Source: Basidiobolus ranarum (taxonomy: Eukaryota). From it: a stretch of 48,262 bases of DNA. This document shows positions 25,430-41,812 of this stretch, in pieces; the stretch's first letter is position 1, and the number at the start of each line of letters is the position of its first letter. The translations under genes and the position numbers were made by a program. The notes beneath the pieces were generated by a model. It was not told the DNA's origin and ran no database searches. It worked only from the letters and a program-made list of their open reading frames with translations. The stretch is taken from assembly GCA_040143965.1 (NCBI GenBank), contig JASJQH010000020.1:1-48262 (forward strand), in the 5' to 3' direction.

Positions 25430-25618
25430 GTGTGATTGTTGACCTCGAGTTACTGAATGTGGCCAACAAATTATAGGTATTTCCATCAAATAAGAGTAAT
25501 TTGTGTAAATAATGAGGGAATGTAATTAGGCATATTTTTGGTATAAATCAAGTTATTACCAACGTCACTTGTGGTTTTATTACTAAGAGCTTGGTTCCCT
25601 GCAACTTTCACTTTTTCA

Positions 25619-27282
25619 ATGGATATTTCGGATAAATCAGTTGTTTACGGATTGCGACATAATGTAATTTGACTATTTCTATTTCTTTACCTCATAGTGT
25701 TATTAGTTACTAAGCCTCTTTTTAGGCAAGATGTCTTAGCTCCGTCAAGGGAAGCTCACTTCGTAATAAATTTTTGGCCGGAACCAGGAAATTAAAAGAA
25801 AGTAACGAGGTAATTCAGAAAGCATTTTCCAATCTTAGTTTTAAAAACCAATAAAAGAAAAATATTACGACCCAGAAAGATTCATTTGGTCGACTTTGAC
25901 GAAGAAGAAATGGAAGTAAAGAGTTTGATTTATCGTCATCCACCTGAAATTTGGTCTCTGGAGACTTGTCCAAGTGATGAACAACTGTTTTTTTCGGTTT
26001 ACAGTGAAGGTAGGGATATTCAAGCAAGCTTATTGCTTTTATTATATTCACTCATATTCACGCCTTTACTTTTAGTTGAAAATAACCAAGCACAGTTTTC
26101 TGGAACTCTTTGGCGAATGGATAATACAAATGTATTGAACACAAGCGCGAACGAGGCTCAAGATTTACCTTTGAAGGAACTTGCAACTCTCAAAGATGAT
26201 GGTTCCTTAGGACATATGAGAAAGTAAATTCACCTCAAGTAAATCACTTTCCCTTACACGAGCTCAAATATACTTTAGGGTACTTTGGAATCCTACCGGG
26301 GATCTTTCTAAGGTAGTTTCTCTACACGAAAATGGCCTCTATCAGTGGTCATTAGACTCAGGATATAGTGACGTAAAGGTACAAATCTACAATATTTTGA
26401 CTATATGAGGTCGAGCCAATCCTCACCAATCCTTTCCAGGCAATAAGTTCAACTCCAGGTCGAAATAATGAGAAATTCACTTGCGCAACATGGAGTCCTT
26501 ATGAGCAGCAAATTGTTACAGGACGGAGAGGCAATATAGTCGGATGTGATTTGCGAGATATGAAGTAAGCTCTTGTTATTGTAAGCGTAAAAATTTGGAT
26601 ATCGACACCATCCCTGACCACAATTCTTCCCAACCCCACTAGCCCTACCTTTACAATCAACAACGCACATACACTAAATGTTCGCTGTATTGATTTCAAT
26701 CCTAAGCGTGAGCATATAATAGCTACTGGTGGTGACGATGGTAAAGTGAAGTTCTGGGACATTCGTAATACCAAGACGCATATCAGGGAGTTATCTAATC
26801 ATACACACTGGTAAATGCGATATCTATTTGTTTCTTTCTCCCCTAAATGCGACTAATTTACGATTGGAACAGGGTCTGGTCAGTATCATTTAATAAATTT
26901 TACGATCAGTTGATTCTCAGCTCTAGCTCCGACTGCCAAGTTAATCTGGAGAGAGTGGATTCAACTTCGAGTAGCAGATTGAATGAAACTCTTGGAAAAT
27001 TGGATGAGACTAGCAGTTTGCACTCAGTTGGCCAGGCTTCCATTGACTAGTAAGGCTTATCTATATTCACGGATGTTGAGACTTTCAGATGTTTACTAAT
27101 GTTCGTTTGCTTCCAGTAATATACAGGATCTATTAGTTCTTGCCTACGAAGATCATGAAGAGAGCGTTTATTCCGCAGTCTGGAGTAATGCCGACCCTTG
27201 GATACTAGCCTCACTTTCTAATGACGGTAGATTAGTCATCAATTTCGTTCCAAGGGAAGAGAAGTACAGAATCATACAATAG
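25619..27282 (+). CDS. EIPR1: WD40 protein EIPR1/TSSC1 (EARP/GARP interactor), multi-exon
   Basis: [50 protein letters not shown], and C-terminus [44 protein letters not shown]. Confidence 0.92.
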
Positions 27283-28432
27283 AGTTTCTTCATGTGACCA
27301 CTCAAGTACCTTATACAAATCACTGCACTTTGTTTGAAGCAGCAGTGTATGGAGCAGGTGTGCATTCTGACATTCTGGTTTTGTAAACAGCTGAAATTTG
27401 ATATAACTTGATTCTCAAATAAATGAACTATAACCGGTATTGCTGGATGTCTAAATTGTCTCGTGTGTACTCTATATTCTACTGTTATGTGAAAGGGAGA
27501 TGTTCTTTGGGGGTTCAACGGTAAAATTGATAATGAATCCCAAATTCATTCATCTACTCTCCAGCTGTTTTGTTCAAGTTGGAGGTTGCTTTTTGTTACT
27601 TATTGTATGCGCATTTAGCATTGAAATGGCCCACGTTGTCACACAAATATTTACATCCTTAAATGCTATTCTGTTAATGGATCAATGATTTGCCAAATCA
27701 AACATGAGGATACATGCCGGTTTGCAATACCCTGCACGGATAATTCAACTTGGAGGAAGGCCTGCGTTGTGTTGTCTTTTGATATGTCTTGCAATTAGCC
27801 CTTTGAGGTTTACTAGCTGTTTATGACTGTAGCAGAATAACCGCATCAAGTTACGAATAATATCTACAATTGTCTCGCTATTCACATGATTGAATGCTGA
27901 TATAATCTGGGAACCATCATGGAATTATGGGAAAAGCACGTCTCTGACAATACGACCAATCCGGATGGTGGGCGACCGATTCAACTTAATATGGACAAAT
28001 GACAGTAAACTATTCGTCCATGACGAAAGGATCTTGACCAATTCTGGATCATCTGATACAATTGCCATACTGTTAATGAGACTATCTTTATTCAGCGTCC
28101 TTACTAGTATTGAATTGTATTGTTAAATTAATATATTGTTAGCATATTTACTGACAATTGCGTCGGTTCTTCAACTAATTGGTGGAATGTTCTTGTTTCA
28201 AGCCAAGATACATTTGTTTATCCTCCTTTCTAACAATTACACGGCGTTTAAACCTCAATCAACTTTATCTCCTTGACCCAATATCCTCCTTCTACTTTAG
28301 TGACAATCTTGTTCTTGTAAAATCTTCCCTTTGTACTCATCTGTAAATTTATCTACCCCTGCTCGAGAAGAAGCTTACGTTGTAAAACCATCTATTCATA
28401 CCCTCAACCTTTTTATAGTTCACTTTCAGCTC

Positions 28433-31428
28433 ATGAGTGCTGCAGTTTCACCAAATTCTAAAGCGTATCTCGCCAAATTGAGAGAGAGATCTACTATTCA
28501 ATTTGACTCTAAATATCCTTTAAAAAATTGGATTACCTCAGCCAATAAACTCTATGACCAGGTAGTTAACACTGTAACTATCTCTTTTATATAGACCCGC
28601 CTTTTCTTACAGGTTTACTTTTTATTTGTATAGTCGAAACATGCTCACGATAACGATGAGTTGGAAGTCGCTTATGTATGCTTCTTGAAAGCAACTAGGT
28701 AAGTTTATGTTATACTTTTATGCTTTAGAAACAACCATTTAAACTTCTTCCATTTATGTAAAGTATTGTTATAGATTATATACCAAAACACAAAGAATTC
28801 TCAAAGTACTCCAAGCTGGATGCCTATGTTAGCCTCAGAGAGGTATATTTACTTGGTTCACTTTTTGGAAGAGATTTCATCTGATTTACATATATATTAA
28901 CCTATTTTATTGATATAGAAAATATTTAAGGCTATACCTATCTTTGAGTCAGTCAAGTCGAAATTAGAGGATACAATTACTGTACAGTCAGCAAGCAACG
29001 CTAAAGTTTCGAATATCATGAAGATTAGTCCACCAAATTCGGCTTCTAGTATTTCGGAGAGAAACATAATTTCCGGCCATAGTAAACTTGATAAAGACTC
29101 ACCTATCTCACTCTCTCGCATCCAGCCACCACAACCCCCGAACGGTCCCAGTAGACCTGTGATTGGTACACAGGGTAATGTGGCTGGATCAGTTGATATC
29201 GGAGTTTCACCGTCTAAAAGATCTGCCTCCCATTCTATCTCTCACACTACAACCATGTCTCCAAAGACTCTTCATGAATTCTTGACAAAAGGCAATGGTG
29301 GTCCGTCGTTACTTGTTTTAGATATTCGGCCAAAGGCAGACTATGTGAAAGCCCATATACGAGGAAAATACATCGTCAATATCGAGCCTTTTACTCTAAG
29401 AGAAGAGTCAGTATATAACTTACAATTCATCTCTAATTTACATGTTTACTAACTGTATCACTTGTGTATAGTGTCACATCTTCGAAGATCGAAGCCACTC
29501 TCGTCTTATCACCCCAAGTTGAGCAAGATCTCTTTCGTGATAGAAATAAATTTGATTTCGTGGTAGTCTATGATCAAAACTCGGAAACCCTAGATCAACG
29601 GGTATACCTTAGACACGGAGACATGGCGGAAAACCCTTTACAGAGATTAGTCCATGCTATATACGATTTCGATTTCATTAAAAAGACCAAAAACCCACCT
29701 ATTATGTTGGTGGGCGGGTTTGATGCTTGGTGGAATGCTTATGGTCCTTCTGGCTGTATAACTCAAGGGGATCTTATCACACCACAAGCCATCAAGAAAT
29801 CTAGGATTGGCTCTATTTCGAACAAGCAGTCTGCGATAAGCCCTGCTCTTGGACGTCCTATAGCTAGAAGTGTACTTGACTATGTACGGAATTTGTTTAG
29901 AATTTATACACAAATACGCTTACTAACTAAAGTTTATTATTTCCATAATATGTAGTTCCATATGCAAGCCTCATCATCTCTACCACAATCTATGGTTTCT
30001 TATGGAGACTTCAGAGCAGCAAAAAGTGGTTTAAATTTCCACCCCGATTACTTGAGTTCCAACTTTGGGACCAGTCAGTCGTCTCCCTCAGTTACATTCA
30101 ATCCTTCAGCTACCCTCGATAAATATCAGCCTTTAAGACCTACGGAACCTGTCGGAATGCCAGTGCAAGATGGAGCAGCAGGTGTGAAGCGACGAAACAC
30201 TTTTCTGGATAATCCTTATTACGGATTCACCAGTACCAAAGACCAACTTGATAGCTCACCAAATCCTAGAAGGCTATTACCAGAAATCCCTTCCAAAGAT
30301 ATAATGACACCTCTAATTCCCAATCAAGTGCCTGACTTATCGCTAGCCTCACCTGTATTTGAATCGTCGGTGAAGGAACTAGGCTCTGTTCGTATTGGTA
30401 TTACAGGCCTTAAAAATCTTGGGAACACTTGTTTCATGAATTCCATTCTACAATGTCTGAGTGGAACAATTCCTTTGGCTAGGTACTTTCTCGGTGGCAG
30501 TTACAAGCATCATATCAATAAGACCAATGTTATGGGTACCGGTGGTGTTCTAGCAGAAGCGTATGGTAATCTAATTCGTGTTATGTGGAGTGAACAATAT
30601 AATTTCGTATCGCCAGTAACTTTCCGTGAAGCGATTGGTCGGTTCGCCTCGCAGTTCCAAGGCAACAAACAACAGGATGCTCAAGAGCTATTAGCATTTC
30701 TATTGGACGGTTTACACGAAGACTTGAATTTAATTAAAAGTAAACCAATAATCGAAGATGACGACGATGATTATTTGGAGAGTCTACCTGAAGAAGAGGC
30801 ATCAGAGCTAGCATGGGAGAAGTATCTTTTACGCAATTCTTCCATCATCGTTGGTTTATTCCAAGGGCAATTCCGATCACGGTTACGGTGCACTGCTTGC
30901 CAGCATACTTCCACCACATATAATGCATTCATGTATCTCTCTTTACCGATCCCCAAAAATTCGGAAACAGTTACTCTCAAGGATTGTCTCAATGAATTTG
31001 TACGAGAAGAGGTGTTGGATGGTGATGACGCTTGGTTCTGCTCGAAGTGTAAAGAGCACCGTAAAGCTATCAAAAGTCTTACCATATCCAAGCTTCCTGA
31101 CGTCCTGCTCATACACATCAAGCGATTCTCATTTAACGGACCATTCCGGGACAAGCTGAACAACCTGGTCACTTACCCTCTCCGCGATTTAGACCTCTCT
31201 CATTACTTACCGCCCTCACCCAATCGGCCCACACCTCACTACAACCTGTACGGTGTGTCAAATCACATGGGTGGGCTCAATGGTGGACACTACACTGCAC
31301 ATATCAAGAATGGCTACCGTGACCAATGGCATTACTTTGATGATAGTAGAGTGTCGGTGTGTGAAGAGTCCCAGGTGAAATCCAAATCAGCGTATATTTT
31401 ATTTTACGTTCGGAGCACAGTTAATTAG
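28433..31428 (+). CDS. DOA4: Ubiquitin-specific protease DOA4/USP8 (N-terminal USP8-type domain, rhodanese, USP), multi-exon
   Basis: Rhodanese segments LLVLDIRP and LVGGFDAW; Cys box GLKNLGNTCFMNSILQCL; QQDAQE; His box HMGGLNGGHYTA; FDDSRV. Confidence 0.93.
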
Positions 31429-31756
31429 TCACTTCAAGCATCGAAATACGCATAATATGTCATCACACCTCAGTAACTTAATTCTCTATTATTATCAGTT
31501 GCTATTCATATTGTTCTACCGCATTTCGCTCCATTTCATTGATCTTGGCCACAGTGTGGTCAGCATTTGTTCTGTATATCTCACATAGCTTTGTGGAGTG
31601 ACTTGGATGAGTTTATTAGCCATCTGAGCACTTCAATAGAATGAGTTTGGAACAATAGATCAAGTAAGGAATAAGAGCGGTTATGTAAATAAAAGAAAGA
31701 TAAAGATGATACAAGGAACGGGATTTATCAAAGCGGTCTTTTCTTGTGTATAAAGA

Positions 31757-32761
31757 TTATGAGTTATTCAATGAGGAGCTGGGCAATCCCAAAGAAACTT
31801 GTAATGGAGCTGAGGACTGAGATAAACCATGTTGTTAGATTATTATAAATGAGTTGACGAAAGATTTCTTCTAGAAGCCTTACTTTGGCAAAAGTATCCA
31901 ATTGTATGTCGATCTTCTCCAAAGCGAGTTTCTTTTCTTTGTTCAATTTGATAAGCTTTAACTTCAATGCCATCAACTCTTTCTTCTCAATATCAAGCCT
32001 AACATTATCAGGAGAAATATTAAAACGGGTATCTTTCTGAAATGGAAAATCATTTCATTTCTACTTCTATTTCACATACCTCATACGCTCTAGTTGTTCG
32101 AACTTTAATCGATTGATCATTCGGGTATGTGGATCGCTGGACTCCGTTAGCTCGTTACCTGCTTTCTCTAAGAATTCCGCCTCAGGAACTAACTCTAAAT
32201 CTTGATAGATAGAGCTAAAACGACATTAAATATATATGCTTCAAATGATGTAACTAAGTAAAGTTAATCGGATATACATACTCAAAAGCTTTACACTTTG
32301 AAATTTCTTGCTGCAAATGTTGTCTTTCATAACGTAAATTTTGTAAATCAAGGTTTAACAAATCTAACTCTTGCTTCGACTCCGACGTGGATACTTTTAT
32401 CTGTCGAGTGTGTGTATACGTTTGTCTATTAAGTTCTTTTAAAGAAACGAATAATGAGGAGGCAGTCTCAAATAACGCGTTCAATCTCTCCTTCTACATG
32501 AATTTACGTCTATGCGTAAGTAACTGGGGTGTCACAAAAGATAAGAAAATCCGTTGGACTGATCAAATGATAGCTAACCTCTAAAGTATCTTCCGGTTTT
32601 TGTTCGACAATCTTGCCTTGTTCCAACAGTTTCACGCCAAGTTCAGTCAACTCTTTGCACGTTCTCGATAGTTCGTTTATATGTGGTAAAGGGGTATCCA
32701 TGATTCCATTTTTAGGTGTACCGTTTTCGAGAAGAGAACTGGGAGGTAAATCAACTTCCAT
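31757..32761 (-). CDS. THOC5: THO complex subunit 5 (FMIP N-terminal domain, short form), multi-exon
   Basis: LKELNR...ELDLLNLDLQNLRYERQHLQQEISKC, IYQDLELVPEAEFL, HTRMINRLKFEQLER; last exon ends at TAA 31759-31757. Confidence 0.85.
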
Positions 32762-33349
32762 TTTCAAGTTAGAACGGTATTGAACAACCTTGAACGGTAA
32801 CGAAAAAAAACACCCCACTTTTGGTATCGTGCCAAAGATGGGGTACTCTTTACTTCCCCTTGAAATTCTCGTCATAATGATTTCAATCTACCAAGTGATT
32901 TATAACTCAATTACTATAAATAATCTAGGAATCCTATCTCAGACGTTGGTTGTGACTATTACTTTTTATTTAGTCGCTCTCGCATAACACTATGGAGTCA
33001 AGCCTAACAAATACTATGTAAGAGAATATGCTGATTAGCATTTGAACATGACTGAGGAGAGCAGAATAGTCAAGATACTCCTATGAACAGGAATAAAAGT
33101 GGTTTACTTGTAAAAATAGCAATTGATGTAACATACAGTAGAGATGATTAAGAAATACAAAGTTTAATGAGAATAACAGAGGTGAAACGTAAAGGCTTCT
33201 AAAATACATAAAATGTTTTGTCTATGTGATGTACTGGTGATTGTCAATATCTATACGGAAAGGTTCAAAGTTAAATATCCAAGGGTAGTCGGGTTGCCTG
33301 GGGCTTTGCATCGTGGATAACATCTCTCAACAACAAAATTACTCAAAAA

Positions 33350-36300
33350 TTATTGATGACATTTTTGTGCGTGTCTCCACCAGTAAGCATCCTCAAGGCT
33401 TCCCGACTTCGAGTTCCTGGGTGACTCGTAGGCTACCCATTGTCCACATTTGTGACAAAGCGCTTCTTTTAAGCCAGTAACCGCGTGTATGCGAGTTTCC
33501 ACAGGTGAGGCAAACGGTCTCCCAGTATTGGATGAAATCCCATGTTGATAGTTAAGATGATACCTAGTGAAGAAAAAGTCAGATTTAAACATCATTGCGA
33601 AATTTTGATACTTTAGTAGCGAACATACCAGTACGCACTGGTCTTAATCTTTAGCCAAAGACACCGATCTTTACACAAGGGACAGAGGCCCTCTTTAGCT
33701 TTTCCTACTCCTCTAACCCAAAGAGGCGTGTAACTAGTAGACAATTCGATCAGTTTATAGGTACATATAAATAAATCGTTTTAGTATCTGCATCAACTTA
33801 CATATCTCCTTCAAATCTGGGTGGCTGTCGATGAGGTTTTGGCTTGTCAGCCTCTAACAAAGCTGGAGGTATATCATTATCTGATGGCTCCCCGGCGTCA
33901 CTTCGGAGAGGTGTTGTTGATTTCCCAAGGTCTTGAAGCAATGGTGAATGCACTGAATTTTCTAATCGTGGAGAACTTTGGTTGCTACTAATTAAACTAT
34001 CTGCGCTTGATTTAATCTTGGGATGTTTTTCGTCATCAGTCAAAATAATATCTTTCTTGGAATCTTCAGGCACAGTCAAATTGGGTTTATACTCGACACG
34101 AGGCATAGTCGGACTAAGGTTAAGTAGAGTTTGATTTATGAGTGCTGTTACAAGAGGAGATTGCGGTGTAGGTTTGACCGATTTCTTTGCTCTTTTGGAT
34201 TTAGCACGCCTATTAGGCTCTGGAGAATTACGCTTGACTGGGGAATATTCGGCTGTCTTTTGGAAAATCTTGGAAGAGGACATTGAATTGGCTGGGGGTG
34301 AAGAAAGCGATCTTTTCCTAGGAGGACGTTTCTTGAATTCCAAATCCTCTCCAGTCAAGATCCGATTGTGGTGTGGACTTATAGACCCGTGTAATAGACC
34401 AAATCCTGATAGTTGTTCTTTCGCTCTGGTAGGATGCAAAGCAATATTCTCTGTCCGACACTCCAGACATGACCATACAGGGCCATCTACGCGCAGCATA
34501 GTATGGCTTTCACATCCTAGATGATAGTGGGCTTGACAAGCGCGGCATGTGGCTAGCTGACCATCCACTCTGGGATTTATTGGTAGGTTACATGCACGGC
34601 AATTAAGTGCTGATGAGATTTGATTAGAAAAGGACCACCGCGAGGGATTTCGGTTAATGAATGTCGTCATTGAAGGTAATTCAGGGCTAAATTTCAGAAA
34701 CTTCTCAATTATATCCTCTTTGTTCTGGCCATGCCCTGATATAGATGGTAGGTCCTCTAAAGTGGATTCGAGCACTTCGAGACCACCACTATCGTATAAA
34801 TTAGTCAAAGCGTCTCGCATTTCATTAAGTATCATGTTGAGTCCTCGATTCTCCTGCTCAAGAGCGGCATATTTACTTTGGATCCTGGTCTTGGCACGAT
34901 CCATCTGATTTATAGAGTCGTGAAGTGACCGTAACATTTCTGATTGACGTCCATGGGTTTGCTCTAAGCAATGCATTGCGTACTGCCGCTCTATTAAAAT
35001 AAGATTACTATCGATATTTCTGACGAGAAAGAAGGGTAAGAGGTACGAACCTTCTTGAAAAAGTGCATATTGATGCTCAAACTTCTCGAGCAACCCAACT
35101 CGACGACCATCATGAGGAGATGATGATACGCCACTCTGTAAAAGTAAGTTTAATAATCAAATTTTCCTTCAAAAGCGCGTAGTATATGTTACCATATGTT
35201 TCGATGCTTCGAGAAGCATATCCAGTGAATTGACTTGTCTAGGTCCACAATCAGAGTTAGGGGTCGATACACGCTCGTATATACCTGGCCCATTCTGAGC
35301 TTCAGCAGCTTTGCGGTCCTCTAGGCTTTGACCATTAACTCGTCGAATTTTTGGCCTGTATGCTTTGGGTTTAATCTGACGCAATTCCGAGTCTAGTAAA
35401 TTATTTAGACTAGGTGGTGGATTTCCATAAGTTTGTTCGAAATCGGCCAACTTTCTTGACCATTCAGCCCAAGGATTCATCTAAGGAACAATTTTTAGTG
35501 AATTGATTCATAAATTATAGATATCTCTTACTGAACAGTATACCTGAGGAACTGCTCGAAAACCATGCTCTTTACAAAACGAAAAATAGGGTTCTTGTCC
35601 GGGATTGAGTTTAGAAGTGTCGACAACCTCCTCAAGTAAGTCCCAGGCCTGTGCACATGTAGCGTGAAAGGACTTTCCGCAACCATTTGAGTCACACGTC
35701 TATTATGATGGTTGAAGGAGTATTGATGAATAAGTTAGAAATGCAAAGAAATTATTGGTTTTTTTAAGTGATATACTTACCAGACATGCACCAAGTGCGG
35801 TGTCAGAAGGATTGGTACATATTGAGCATTGCTAAAAGCAAAATATTAGCTTGGGGAAGTTTTTCAGAGTAAATGATTAGACATTACTCTGCCAAATCTA
35901 TCTTGTTTAACTCTACTTAAGCTGATTCCTCTCAAATGATCAGAATCAGCGATATCAATCTCCGGAAACCATAATGCACATACTACGTGAACCCATGTGT
36001 CGAGATGATTGGTTTGCTTCATTGCCCCGCCTTTAATCGGACATAGGCTACATTTCTAGAAAGAAAGGAACGAAATCAATTCTCGTCTATTACTATTATT
36101 CAACATAAAGCAAAGAAATCAATTACAATCTCTGAGCTGTTGGGTGACCTGCATCTATCGCAATACCAAGGGATTTCTGTTACAGAATCTCCTTCAAGTC
36201 CATAGCATTCTGGGTAAAGATTTTTTAATTATTTGAGAGCAAAAAGTGTAATATGTAGATAAATAATGAGGTACCTTCATGGACACAGACGTCACAAGCA

Positions 36301-36670
36301 GGTGAAGCGCATAACAAAAGTTCGTTGCCTTCGTTTGACCCTGTATCCAGACATATGCAGCAATTGTCAGGTTGGGTAGAGGCCTATAATTTAGAATGGC
36401 TGAATATACCGAAACTACAAAATGAGGTTTACTCTAATTGTGGGAGTTGAAGTATTATCTTACCCATTCTGTTAAAAACGGTATCCATCTGGGATCTTGA
36501 CCTTCCGAAGTGCTTTTAAGGTGACTGGAATCATTTGAAGGATCTTGACTGCTTATCGAAACCACAGGAACACTGGTTCCAACGGAATCAATGATTCCGG
36601 ACATATTATGTGGTAGAGTGTTACTAAAATTAGAGGGTGAAGAAGGCAAACTGGAAAAAGATACACTCAT
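33350..36670 (-). CDS. Chromatin-reader/transcription factor: PZP (PHD + extended PHD), coiled coil, second PHD, and Rua1-like (DUF4451) C-terminal domain; multi-exon
   Basis: Spliced: CCICLD..ELLLC..CDVCVHEECYG..WYCDRC; CSLCPIKGGAMKQT..WVHVVCALWFPE..CSIC..GAC..C..SFHATCA..FCKEH; CRAC..TCRACQAHYHLGC..WSCLEC; PRFEGDIYTPLWVRGVGKAKEGLCPLC..AYWYHLNYQHGISS.TGRPF..CHKC..WWRHAQKCH. Confidence 0.85.
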
Positions 36671-37625
36671 AAAATTGACACGATAAAATATAAATCGAAA
36701 AGCTAATTTGTTGTTGCGTCTATTACTATATAGGAGAGAGAATTGGAAACCTTAAAAAAGCAGTAGACGGCAAAGCATAAAAATGGTTCGGTCTCACAGG
36801 CAAAGAGATGAATTACCAATATTGAGGTTTAAAGAGAATTGTGTTTCGGTGAAATGTCACGATAGCTTAAGAAGTATTCACAGTCACTAATAGAAAGTTA
36901 GAGGAAAATGCACATTGAACTTAATTAATTGTACAAAACGAGTCCTGAATACGTGACAAGAGAAAAAAGGGAATTTGGAAAGAAAAAAACCAGCGAATAT
37001 TGTATTATTAAAGAGTAAAATGAAATAGGGATCCAATCACATACGAATTGACAGTGATATGAACGCAGTCTCAAGATACAGCACAGTCACCCTCTCGGAT
37101 ATCCTCAATAATTCGTCAGCTCTATTGGGAATCACGGGAGCTGTCCAATTGGATCAACGGAGTTAAGTAATATTAATGCTCACAAAAGAGAATATGCAGA
37201 GCAAGTCCACGTGTTTGGATTGTCTGAATGCCTATAATTAGTGGATGTAGAACACGTATTACCCATTGGCTTGGCCGACTTGGACAATCATGCTCTCCTC
37301 AACTTCAATCATGATATCATCTCTTGTACCGACTTTGCATGAGCATAAGTCCTGGGCATTCAAGTTAGTATGGATGAAACTGCCCCTAGGATGATGGGAT
37401 GTGCTCTTATCAGCTATTTGAACGCCAGCGAAGCCTTATTTTGTCAATAAATAGCTCAAATCAATATTATAGATGATTATTGGGTGATCACAATGTAAAT
37501 ATATTAATCCCTGCATCCAATATTATCCACATTTACCTAAGGCCCTGATATTATGATCCCCAAATGACTTCAGCTTTTCTTGATTCTTTTGGCGTCATAA
37601 ATATACAAACTGACCAACATAACAA

Positions 37626-37691
37626 ATGATTTCTAAGAATTTGCTTTCTTTGAAGTACTAGTCGATGATTTCTAAGAATTTGCTTTCTTTG
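37626..37691. repeat. 27-bp direct repeat with a 12-bp spacer
   Basis: ATGATTTCTAAGAATTTGCTTTCTTTG at 37626-37652 and 37665-37691. Confidence 0.9.
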
Positions 37692-38247
37692 TACAAGTCC
37701 CTTTGACCAGAGAAACCTCATCACTAATCGTAGCTACATATACGCGCATACATACACATACCCTTTTGATTCTCGAAAGCATTCTACGTCTAGATGTAGA
37801 GAACTAACATAAATATCCAGGGGAAATCAGTGCTCAGTGGGGGCGTGTATTTCATTATCTATCATGGCTGAGGACTTGGTTCAGAAGGGATTTTAGCCAC
37901 ATTAGCCAATCATCATGTGTTTTACTTCAATAAGATTCACCAAAATTTAGTGAAGGCAGATAGTTTTGCCAACATTCTTTCTCTGAATTTACGAAGTTTG
38001 CTTCTGCTTTTACGGATTTGTTGTCGAGCAAATAATTCATCCTCATCACGTGTTCCATTTAGCAAGTTAACTTGTTGTGATTTCCAAATCACAACAAAAC
38101 ATCTTGAAGAATATGTGAGCTGATTGGTGTGCCATGCTGTTTGTTTATTCAGTGAGGAAATTTAAAAATCCACTATTTACTGATTTAATACTCGGACACC
38201 TTGGCTCGTTACTTGGATAATTACTTCTTATTTCTTTGCCTTACACA

Positions 38248-41040
<2,793 letters not shown>

Positions 41041-41812
41041 GAATGTTTTGTCTCTATTATTTTCACTATCTACTTTAATTATTTGTACAAAATGTTGATA
41101 AAATAAATATGGAAATACATGCATGAATCAGGTTCAATTTTGACGGCTTTCCGATACTGTTCCAATTCAGTGCTAATGTGGCACTTTTTCCTCATATTGG
41201 TAACACTTTGATGCAACGACAGTGTTACAAACGGGATTTGTGATAAGATAAGATAATTGTCATGTCCCTAATAACCGTTGTGTAGTGGTTTAATTCCGGA
41301 ACCGGTTACTATTTTTTGATCATGTTTGCACGGCGACTAAATTGGTTCGTGGCTTCCTAAATATGATTGAGAATCCAGGGAAAGGCTCCCCCACACTTCG
41401 GTAAGAGTGGGACGTTTTCCTCATTCTTTGTGTAACAGAAAGCATGGCCTTTGATCACAATCAAAAGAAGCAAAGTGAACCTTACGACTAAATAGCATCT
41501 AAATAGTATCCTCACATAGTACCACCACTCGCACCAACTATCGACGTCAATGTGATATGTGAAGGCGTTATAGGGTGGGTCGAGTATTTGTAAGACGATA
41601 AAGCAACCTGTAGAGTTCTTGGATGGTACATCAACCTGTATAGCCTCTAAAACCTATCCATTGACAGTCTGCCCTCGTGAGAATATTTGTTAGGCGATGT
41701 AACTCAGGGTCCAAACCATTTACCCATCATTCAACACCGTTTGACATTATAAATCAGAAAACACAGCTGGGTATATAAATGAAGTGCTGTGGATGCCTAT
41801 TAGAGATTAGCA

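Noticed and set aside
27500-28126. Short ORFs between EIPR1 and DOA4
   Set aside because: Interrupted by stops in the frames examined and no identifiable homology.
28512-28522. ATATCCTTT resembling an AT-AC U12 donor in DOA4 (similar GTATCCTT on the minus strand in FKS at ~7485)
   Set aside because: Both lie in uninterrupted coding frames (KYPLKNW; SILMKR) that need no intron there.
31757-32761. THOC5 much shorter than the animal protein (possible truncation)
   Set aside because: Short N-terminal-only THOC5 forms are normal in fungi, and the last exon has a clean acceptor and stop.
41279-41357. tRNA A-box-like TGTAGTGGTT with downstream GGTTCG
   Set aside because: No cloverleaf can be folded and the B-box is incomplete.
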